This document shows positions 11,290-21,344 of a stretch of DNA of 35,410 bases, piece by piece. Source of the stretch: Catajapyx aquilonaris (lineage: Eukaryota); assembly GCA_000934665.2 (NCBI GenBank), contig KZ539045.1:1-35410 (forward strand), written 5' to 3'. The notes below the pieces were generated by a model. That model had not been told where the DNA came from, did not search any database, and saw only the letters and a program-made list of their open reading frames with translations. Every line of letters begins with the position of its first letter. Position 1 is the stretch's first letter. Made by a program: the position numbers and the translations under genes.

Positions 11290-12899
11290 CTGTTAGAGGA
11301 AACAGGGATAAAAAGAAACTAATATTTGGATCACGTTGCCTATTTACATCTGTATATCCAGAGCATTATTTATCTGTTTAAAACATAACATATCTACATA
11401 ATATTATTATACCAAATCATAATGTAAATTGGGGTATTTTCAAGTACTGGATTAATCGGATGGTCCGTAGGTGTGTTTGGTTGAATCTAACTGTCAATTC
11501 CAATATTTAATAATATCGAATAATATACCTTTTCACCTTAATTATTTTTGTTTTTCAAGCCTATTTAAATGAATATTTGGCTTTACAGTCCGATAATTTA
11601 GTTTACATTGTAACAATAATAACATGATAAAATATCATAAGTGCTTAGGAGAAAAAAAAATGTAAATAACACTGTCACGTACAGGCTGTGTGAATCAGGA
11701 TTCCCAAGTCAATCGTCTCCCGCCCAAAACAACTCTAAATGTGAAGGAGTGAGAAATGACGAAGAAGATCAACCGTTAGCGACACCGTTTTATTCAGCAT
11801 CCGTATTGTTGGATTCTAAAATATTCAGTCAAAAAGTGTGACATATATAAACAATATTATTTGATTCGTAAGCGACACCGCAAATGCATTTTTCACCCGA
11901 TTACAGCTGAAGAATAATGGATCTCAAGTCAAGAAGCAGTCTCCCCCTCCCACCAAGTCAAGTATGAACTGAACAATGACAAAAAGAATAATTATATTAT
12001 CAATCAATGCTATCAATAATCAATATGCGAGTATTGGAGTTATGATTTTCAGTGATTAATGCAGGATGACTCACACTCAGCTTGGGTGAATTTTCATTGA
12101 ATAATTAGAGGCTAATAATAGGTTCACCAGAATATATTCAGATCATGAACTGCAAAAAGGTTTCAAGTATTGGTCAAGAACCACACCCGGCAATATTATG
12201 CAGAGTGACTTAGAACTCTATATAAAACTTCCTCTATGGTACTCATTGGCCCAAAACTATAGAAGTGTCGAAAACTATAACTAAGACGAAAGTGCTCAAC
12301 GGAATATCTGCGCATACGACCCAAGGTTTATCTAAGGGGCACCCATCGTCATAATGAAAAGTCGGTTGAAACACAATAGCAATAGTGTGGTGCTGACCGC
12401 TATCGATAAGTAGAACCCACACGTGACTAACAGTGCATGTAGTAGAGAGAGCTAAGTGAATGTTATATCGCTGATGGTGCAAGTAGAATTTTAAATAACC
12501 TATAGTGACAAATGTGCGGCATATTGAATTTTTCACATCTTTCAATATCTCAATAAAGAAAAGGCTTGGTGGAGATGCTGGCAGCGTTGATAGCAGGCAG
12601 AGTAGGTAGGTGTTCTTTCTAGAATGGCAATCGATATCCCACAAAGAGCGAGGAGGCTCCTTTGACCTCAACCCCAATTGATATTCTCTCACCCTTTTTC
12701 TGCCACTTTTGCTACTTTAGGAATGGATTGCTTTCCGCTGAATATGCTCCTCATCGCCAATCAAGCATTTTCTCGTAATATCACGTTTTTACCTTCAAAA
12801 ACCTGCTGTATGTGCTATACCATTGCAGTAAACTGGATAATTACTCTTGCAGTTCTGCATATAGTTTATTGCATATAAAGATACGACGCTGAAATTATA

Positions 12900-13222
12900 C
12901 AGGGTGTCTCATCTTTTTTGTCCGAACAGTTATCGGAAAATTGCGCGTAGCTGCTACTTTTTAAGCAGTGGCTTGCAACCGGTGATTTGTAGGAGGAATG
13001 GGGAATGGGGAAAACACATCCCATGGCATGTGTGACCCTCTTTTTTCCAGGCTTGACCCTCAATTTTCAGCGGGCAGCACGTATGCCACTTCAACCTACG
13101 ATTCGCAGGGAATATTCCCCGTTCCTCCGAAAAATCACCGTTTAAAAGTCAGTGCGCTTAAAAAGTAGCAGCTACGCGCAATTTTCCGATAACTGTTCGG
13201 ACAAAAAAGGTGAGACACCCTG
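12900..13222. mobile_element. Tc1/mariner-type MITE, 323 bp, 67-bp TIRs, TA TSD
   Basis: TIRs 12900-12966 and 13156-13222 (CAGGGTGTCTCA...TTTTTAAGC) differ by one mismatch. Flanked by TA at 12898-12899 and 13223-13224. No coding capacity. Confidence 0.9.
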
Positions 13223-14055
13223 TATATTTAGCGCGGTGGGGGAAAGTTCTGGAGTGTTAAAAGTCATGTAATTTAATCTGAAAAAGTATACAGAAATTTT
13301 TAAAATTGCTAATTTTACCCTCTGAGTAAGTTACATGTAAAACAATTGTTAAATTCACAATATGACGTTATATTTACAGTAAGCTTACCTGGACTTATTC
13401 ATATTAATAACACGTCTATTCTTTACTCACTCTTCTAAAAGTATATTTGCGTATACGACTTATTTATACTAGTGGATGAAGAATTAAAAAGGTAAAGTAA
13501 TAGTGTTGATATTGCTTCCTGCATTTACCCACGTAATGAGAATGCGATGCAGGGATGCTGTTTGCTGCCGGCACAAAATTTCAAAAAAAAGCACTGTGAT
13601 AAGTAATTAAGCAAAAACAAACTTCGTCTGCTATGTCCAGGACGACACGCGTTATGCTTCATCAAGCTGAGGAGAGTAAACAATGCATTAATTACATGAA
13701 TAATTTCTGCTTCGTTCTACACCATATGAGAGAAGATGCAATGTTGCACGTTATAGCCACATGACTATTACACTTATGAGGTCAAAACTAGAGGCCTTTT
13801 GGTGTGTACATGTTTCCTACAAAATTAAAATTCTTACACCTGGCCCTGCTGCAGTGTTATACATACGGATATTGCCCTATACATGATATCAACACCCCCA
13901 TGTGAACACCATGCAAATGGCACATAACTCAGCTCTTCCGTGACAGTTTAGTAGCATATGCAAAACGTATCTACCTTAAATTGAACTATTAATTTGATAT
14001 TGGGTAATAACTCATAATATATTTGACACCGTTTTAAAGCAACAAATGATACACA

Positions 14056-14061
14056 TTTATT
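14056..14061 (-). promoter_or_regulatory. Putative polyadenylation signal of the IR gene
   Basis: First AATAAA on the minus strand downstream of the stop codon (~370 nt away), followed by GT/T-rich TGTGTATCATTTGTTGCTTT. Confidence 0.45.
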
Positions 14062-14430
14062 GTTGCTGCCATTTAACACGTTGTTCGGATGAATACTTAA
14101 GGCTTAAGCTAATATATTGTGTGACGAGTAGCCTACCATACGAGAAGTACACTATCTAAATAACAATGTGGGTTTGATTTTTGTAGCTGTAAACAGTGTC
14201 AATGTAAATACAAAAATAATAGAAACGGTACTGCAAGGTACCGAAGTTACATTTCATACACTGTGCAAGTATACCGGTAGTGAATACATTAGTGTAACTC
14301 TGACAATATCCCAACAAAATGAGCCTTTTTCGGATCCGTAGTAGCTAACTTATAATAATGATACTTTCATTAGACAAGAAATAAAAGACACAGTGACACG
14401 TTTCCTCTTAATACAGTATAAGAATGCATA

Positions 14431-16299
14431 TTAATGACCATTTCGAAGGAAATAGTGCAGAGCCAATTCAGCGGTTATAACAACGTTACTGAAGATGAAG
14501 CCTGCTATGAGAAGGTAGAAGGGACCTTCCAAATTGTACAGCTTGAAAGGATGTGGACCTGATATATAACTACCGCGATTATGCTTCTTGGCTTCTGTAA
14601 TAGCAATGTTGTGCAGCCACTTCATTTCGTTGTAAAGCCACTTGTATAGCAGGCCTTTATCTTGAAAGTGCTGCAATACGTGATCAAACGCAGGCTTGTA
14701 TATGTAGTCCTTCGGAAATCCGAATCCTACTAGTGACATAAAGGCCGATTCACTGCTCACGTGCACAGAAATGGTTCCGTCGATGTTCGTGAAATCGAAT
14801 AAGAAGTAGCGAGTAGTCAGTCCCCTGAAGACAATACAAGCGCAACGGTCGACCATGGCTTTTTCCATGCACTGAACTTCACTACTGAATACCTCTGCTC
14901 GCTCAGCCAAATTCACATACTCGGTGGAATTTGAATGCCGAAATAGTTGAAGTATGTTCGATTGGTATTCGCTGGATACTCCTACATGGTAGTTTGACTC
15001 GGCCAGTTGGATAAATGTAGTCATTGGCGCCTCCTTCACAGGTGACACCACGAAAGAAACCATTTTCGTCTTATATCCACATGTCAGAATTATTCCGCCC
15101 AATATCCAGAAGATAACAACCATGCGGGAGGAGTCAGCTCGAGGATACCAAGTCGCCTGCTCGACCAGAATTGTGGCCATGATTTGAGATGCTCTACCAA
15201 GAGTAATCTTGCTACCAGTTGATTCTGTTGGCAATAAGAAAATGTATATGCTGACAGCACAAGCTGCCATAGTAAATGTCAAGAGTATCCACATAGTAAT
15301 GGTGTATGGTCGAATAATGGCAGTCCATGATGGCACATCCTTCGGTGGAGAGGTGACCAAAGTCACATCGTCATATAAGTAAGGCCAGCTGAAATCTATC
15401 AGTTGAAGCATGTCAGGAGTAACAGTTTGAAAAAATGACATATTCACCTCCCCTACAGCAATCGGGCCCGCCATTCCCATCAAGGTTTTATTCCGGTATT
15501 GAATCTTGTGATTGTTAGAATAACTAGAACATTCCCATGTAAAATTCAACCTTGACGTAGCCTCATTGAGCACATCGTAGTAATAAAATGTGTTAAAATA
15601 ATTTAACTTATGAGTTTCATAATCAGCCTTCTTCCAAACCGAAAGTTGACAGGCAACACGAACACTCGCACCTTGTGCATTTCTTGTCCAGTCAGGAAAC
15701 AGGTCTTCCATCTTCGATATCTGCCAAAAGTCGCCCTGGAAGTACGACCCCACCGATATGATCTCAGGTCCGCCGCCATCGCAATGAAAACACAGTGATT
15801 TGAAATCAATATACATGCGCTCTCCGAACTGAATTGCCTCCATTTCCACCTTGAACTTCAACCGGCTAGTCTCTTCCAACAATACCGCAGCCACCGACGA
15901 CTCTCCAAGAGGGTGAAAGAATAGGAAGTAGTCGTGCACTGTCCTCACGGCCATTCTTTCCGACACAAACTTGGCCATGATACCCAGTCGTTCTTGGGTG
16001 CTGCTGATGACGTACACACTGCACTGATGATCGTTCTGTCGTACAGATGGTGCCATTCGAGCCTCACTCCCGTTCTGAAGCTTCAGGGTTGAATATGGCC
16101 GAAACTCCTGCACAAGATGTTTATACACAGGCCCAAACGGGTCTAAGGTTCCGTCATGTGCACTTGTCACGCTGCAGTTCCTAAGCAATTTGGACACGAC
16201 GTCCACTAGAGCGCGTGAAATGGGACATTCCCGGCCGAAGTCCTTCGTGTAATGGCCTAGGATACATGTCGCCAGGCAAAAATGAAACACGAGCCTCAT
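14431..16299 (-). CDS. Divergent ionotropic receptor (IR; variant iGluR family chemosensory receptor), single coding exon, 622 aa
   Basis: Uninterrupted ORF with AAAATG context and an in-frame stop just upstream. N-terminal signal-like peptide. S1 motifs LFPDWTRNAQGASVRV, RLNFT and GMAGPIAVGEVNM...IDFSWPY. Pre-M1/M1 IIRPYTITMWILL, pore loop ending LVEQ, M3 SSRMVVIFW...GYKTKMVSFVVSP, S2 start PMTTFIQLAES, ...LQHFQDKGLLYKW, and M4 LYNLEGPFYLLIAG...AEL. Short N-terminus with no full ATD. Confidence 0.93.
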   Translation of the reverse strand: MRLVFHFCLATCILGHYTKDFGRECPISRALVDVVSKLLRNCSVTSAHDGTLDPFGPVYKHLVQEFRPYSTLKLQNGSEARMAPSVRQNDHQCSVYVISSTQERLGIMAKFVSERMAVRTVHDYFLFFHPLGESSVAAVLLEETSRLKFKVEMEAIQFGERMYIDFKSLCFHCDGGGPEIISVGSYFQGDFWQISKMEDLFPDWTRNAQGASVRVACQLSVWKKADYETHKLNYFNTFYYYDVLNEATSRLNFTWECSSYSNNHKIQYRNKTLMGMAGPIAVGEVNMSFFQTVTPDMLQLIDFSWPYLYDDVTLVTSPPKDVPSWTAIIRPYTITMWILLTFTMAACAVSIYIFLLPTESTGSKITLGRASQIMATILVEQATWYPRADSSRMVVIFWILGGIILTCGYKTKMVSFVVSPVKEAPMTTFIQLAESNYHVGVSSEYQSNILQLFRHSNSTEYVNLAERAEVFSSEVQCMEKAMVDRCACIVFRGLTTRYFLFDFTNIDGTISVHVSSESAFMSLVGFGFPKDYIYKPAFDHVLQHFQDKGLLYKWLYNEMKWLHNIAITEAKKHNRGSYISGPHPFKLYNLEGPFYLLIAGFIFSNVVITAELALHYFLRNGH

Positions 16300-19200
16300 T
16301 TTCAGTTATTCTTCGGCGCCCCAGGAGTTGTATCCGCCTGCAACGTCTTAACCAGTAGGTCGGCCGCTGCCTCCTGAAACATGGAATCCCGCTTAGACTT
16401 GAATCCCGCTGCTCAATTATTCATTACCCGAGGAACTTGCAAACTTTTGTTTTATGCCCTGCTTGCCTAGGTGGTTTTTAATACGAGGTAACTTTACGCA
16501 AGGCGAAGAAAACTGGTCGTGCCGCACAACTTCATGTCACGCTTCGCGCAACACGCATTGATTTCGGACTAAATAATAGCGGTGCGGGCTGCGAAAAAGC
16601 TACTAGCAGACTAAATGTAATTAGGAGTTGTCAGATTCGGCTTGAAGTGTGTGGTGAACATGACTCGAACCAAAGGCACGAGATATTAGTTACCAAACTT
16701 GGTGCCTCTTATTCAAGGACTCATTCTCGCCACTTGTTTTTATTGATTGGAGACGTATTATTGCGCAAAATGTCAGGGTTTTCTGGCTGACCCTCAATTT
16801 TCGGGCCTCACACACTCCACGAGAAGGTAACTATTATTCTTTATGTGGTGCTCTATTATTACCAAGTAGGCACACTTTTCCCACGATATTGGCTGGCTTG
16901 TCAAACTTGACCACACCCCTTCGCCTTTCTCACTAGATGAGTTGGTGAAGGTCACCACGTTAGAAGTAAATTTTTTTTTCGTCAAATGTAGTTAGTATGA
17001 GGAAATTACCATGCACAGTGTACAAGTTCCCCATATCCCAAGATCGGCTAGTCGAATGTAAAAATTGTTATTTTAGCCGGTGGTTTAGAACATGCTGAGT
17101 TTTTCGATCTGTTGGACTTGTTAATGCCTTTTAAATATTTAGTGACTTTTTACGCCATTTGAAAGTCCTTTTTTATAATCTGTTCTCAACTTTGCTTTAA
17201 AATCGCTTACCATTTATATATTTTCCTACATGAGGTATTAGGCTATATGTGAAAGGGAGCCCCTTATTCGGCCATACTCAAACATTTTTATCGCACTTGA
17301 TGTCTCCGGATATCTCTAAATGTGCCAAGAATAAAAATTGTTTTAAAGAAGCATTACTGTACTAGTATTTACTCTCATGATTATTACAAGATCATCATCG
17401 TTAACATATATTGTGCAAGGCTCACCAAATAAGAATCACAGGGTCTCATTCAGTATGTTGTATTTGAAGAAAGACTAGGCACAATGCAAGCAGTATTGTT
17501 TATATTGCCAGAGAAAACAAATCCATCAATTTTCCCTGGTCCTCCCTCCTCGGATCGTCAACTTTGGCAGAGAAACAATTTGTATTTGTGCCGTATGTTA
17601 CTGAAAACTGCTCCTATTTCTGGCCATAGAGGGCAGGAAGAGATCATATAAATCCAAAGTGTCAATAGAAAACGGTGTCCATCCAATCAGATGCAGTATG
17701 TGAATTTTTCCCTGCTTTCTGATTTGGCGGAAGAATTTGTCCCATTGTCAGCGCGCTTCCATTCCTTCCCTTTCTGCCCCATACTGAATATGGGGCACAT
17801 TTTTGTGACGAAAACATGCATAACCCCTGGGAATAGTTATCATTCCTGGATCCATGATATACCGGTATGCCTATTTCTTTAATGGAAGTACCTGGAAGTT
17901 TATAAAGCCCCATCTCCTTGGGTACTCTAATGCTAGCTAATCTGTGGGGAATGTTTATTACCTTTTGTTTTACAGATGAGCCAGTGGAGGAATAATGTAC
18001 TGCCCTTTTGCTGATATATGCTATAATGTTAACTGGATCGAAAAAGTTGTAAGGCGTAAAATAATAGTAATACTGTACAATGTACATACTCCAACATCCT
18101 ATGACCCATGCTTGCCACACCTAGTTACTCTATCATACCACTGGAGGAGATTTAATAAGGATGCGGTTTTACATAGAGCACAGAGTTACTGCAAAATTAA
18201 TTAGCTTACATTAACCAGCGAGCCGCCATTTTTTTGTCTTGAAGAGAGCGGACAAGGTTTCCTTCAATAGCTGCTACACGTTGGGTCGCAACCGCTGAAA
18301 ATAGCCAATCGTGGAAGCCACCTGTAGCCCCCACTCAATCCGAAAGGTTACCAAAAATCAGTTTCCCGGGAATAAATTCAGTTCCTAACATGGTTCCTAA
18401 TGGCCGATTAAATTGACATAGGGTATCAGGAGGCTCAGGAGTAACAGCTGCAGACTGCAAAAGTAATATTTTTCCAACTAGTAGAAAAGAACACCTGGCA
18501 ATATCTCAAATGTCACAAACACGAATCTATTATGTCACAATAATTACACCAAATGCGAATTAACATTTTGATACTGTCAGAGAAGATACTTCATTGCATG
18601 TAATTACTGCATAATTATGCACAAGAGACAACTTGAGACTGGGTTCTTCACTGCACAATAATAATGGTTGTAATTTGACAGATGTAAACCGTGAAACATG
18701 CATGGTTACTAATAGGGCAGCTTCAGAATAAAAGCGGGCTGGTTTTCGAAAGAAATTGTTTTTTTTCACATTCGAAGTAGGCCTAATGTACTTAATGGTA
18801 GAACTACTTACTAATTGCTTCTTACCGATATTAATGCATCGATATAACTTAGAGCATTTATTCACACTTTTACTTTCTACACAAAGATGTAGTTTATTTA
18901 AACTTTTTGAAATGAAGTAATAAAAACGTTTTGATAAGTTGTATTTTTATCATTTTTTCGGAAATTACCTTATTAGGACCTAAAATCAGGCTTTTATACT
19001 ACTGCGTCACCCCTCGTCATGCGCCGCCATCATTATTCAACATTTTGTGGTGTGGGAGAGTGGTATAGACGTCTATTCCCCGGCCTAATGTCACTGTTAT
19101 TTTTCACCTGCACCACTCGACTCACACCTTCAACAATCGAACTGAAAAAAGGGCAACTCAAATGGCTACCCCGTTGACTTTCAACAATGGGCATATACGT

Positions 19201-20135
19201 GACAAACTTACCCTGTACTCTCTTGACATGCTATGTATGTATAAATCATGTGAATAGAAAGAGTAATTATGAAGGTATGGTAATCATTGGAAATATGGGC
19301 AGCATAATTATTACCTAGACAAAAAGGTCCCCGCAACAATGACTCAGTAATTTGACTCAGAACATAGCTAGTGTCCTCATTTCACCTGCCACTAACCTCG
19401 CAGTCTCCCTAGTGCCAAGGGCACCGAGTGTTAAAACTTTCACAAACACATGACGGAAATCCTTGGCCACCAAAAAAATTGTGACAGCTAACTTACAAGT
19501 CAGACAGAACTTTACTGCAGTGATATTATGCAATATTCATTGGAAAGGTGGCTTCACTTGACTTGCCACGACCAGATTAACAGAATGTGAGAGGTGCAGC
19601 AACCTACATAAGAAAACAGCCTTGAGGATGTAACTCGAACAAGTATGTCAAAATCATTTGAGCTGGCAAAATAATCAAGTCCTATTAAACCCACACGCAC
19701 TTAGAAGAGCCATTTGCCACTGAAAGGGAATCACTAATATACAGTATAATGCGATCTTACCGAAATACATCCATCAGCAATATATTAAGAACAAAGTTAG
19801 AACATGAGTCGATGGATCCGGACTACTTACAGGATGTCCCAAGAGAAACGTAAAGGCCTCTCACACAATATCACGAGGCATGGACCTCATCGGCAGCACA
19901 GGGTTACGTGTCCCAAACTATCGCAGTGTGCAGACCGGGCAGTGTAGATCTCGGAGACACTCTTCTCAGGGCACACTCTCTCACTCGGTCCCTTCCACTC
20001 GCCACAGTTCAGACCACTGATATCTCCGCGGAAACCGGAGATACATTGCATGGGTCAACTGGGGTAACCGATTCGACGCAGGTTTACCAATGTCTAGACT
20101 AGAGGGAAGGGGGAAGGGCTGGCAGTATACAGAAG

Positions 20136-20711
20136 CACTAGAAACTGGTGAATGGTTAACCCAAGGGCGAAAGAAATAATGATTTTGGAGGTGAATGAGG
20201 GTGACTGAAATATGAAGGGTGAATAACGTAATTTTATACTCAAATATTAATATTTTTCCATGCTTAATAAAGGCATTTCCATTCCAGCTTCAACGCTTAC
20301 TAACTAAGCAGTGAAGCTGGTTTGATGTTCTTTTACTCGCTAACTAATTTCAAACTAGCAGAATATTTCCAAAAGCATCGCATTACAGGCTTGATTTTGC
20401 GTTGTACCATGATACGTTTTAGTAAAAGTTCAGACAACAAACATTTACAAACTGACAATGAGTTTCGCTTTTCCACCTAATATTATACTATACAATAATT
20501 ATGAACAGCTTCACATAAAATTTATTATCGTGATTCACTGCAAAATCTGCTCAGAATGTGGTCCTTGATGTATTTTCCTCGTGTGACAAATAAAAGCATA
20601 AGATGAAAATGATCAAAAAATTAGAAAATACAGTTGTGGGTGAATGAAATTTTATGAAAAAGACACGAGGGTGAATTACATTTGAAATTTTTAAGAAACA
20701 CTGCACTAGAC
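20136..20711. mobile_element. Possible hAT-like remnant with GGTGAAT subterminal motifs
   Basis: The right end ...AAGAAACACTG (reverse complement CAGTGTTTCTT) is hAT-like. GCACTAGA occurs at 20135-20142 and 20703-20710. GGTGAAT motifs cluster at both ends. No matching left TIR was seen. Confidence 0.3.
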
Positions 20712-21254
20712 GACGACAACGAGAACAGCAATCATCATCATCATGGCTACCAGGAGAAATGATAACTATTATTTTGATGACATCTAACAGTAGGTCTTAT
20801 GTGCTCATGAATTAGTGTATATCAGGACTTAGCGTCGGCTTGCTTCTGAGCACTGATAGGTTAAATTGAGCCCATTTCTTTCGGCCTGCCTGGCCTGTAC
20901 GCAACATGTGGAGGACTGGAGGCACAGCCAGAAAATAAATGAAGACAAACTATCCCCTTAGGATCCCTGGAGCTATTTATTACACACCGACTGAAGAGCA
21001 CATGGGAAAATCGCATGACCAAGCAACTGCCTCTGTTGTTACAAACCTAACATAAGAACTATCAAATTATTACTTACAATCTTTCTACATTAGGATCATC
21101 CATCGAGTAATGCACTGCATGTTACTACAAGATACTTGGCACATTTTCATCTCGGATTAAGCCATAGCATTAGGCAGCCCATATGACAAAACATTGCATG
21201 GTTATAGACTCTGTAACTATAGAAGCATACTAGTCTTACCACTATTAATGTAGA

Positions 21255-21344
21255 TGATGTGTAATTTTACACATTTGGTGTGCATATGTGCACACTTGAT
21301 GTGTAATAAAATGCATTTAGTGCATACTTTTACACATTTGGTGT
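21255..21344. repeat. Short imperfect palindrome plus direct repeat (TTTTACACATTTGGTGT x2)
   Basis: TTACACATTTGGTGTGCATATGTGCACACTTGATGTGTAA hairpin, with a second TTTTACACATTTGGTGT copy ~63 bp later. Confidence 0.55.

Noticed and set aside
12243..12692. 149-aa ORF (likewise 1996-2406, 10405-10845, 17662-18120, 21697-22098)
   Set aside because: No recognisable domains, several have non-ATG starts, and the composition resembles non-coding DNA. 10405-10845 runs through a MITE.
15603..15809. Short ORFs overlapping the IR CDS
   Set aside because: Alternative-frame and antisense shadows with no independent support.
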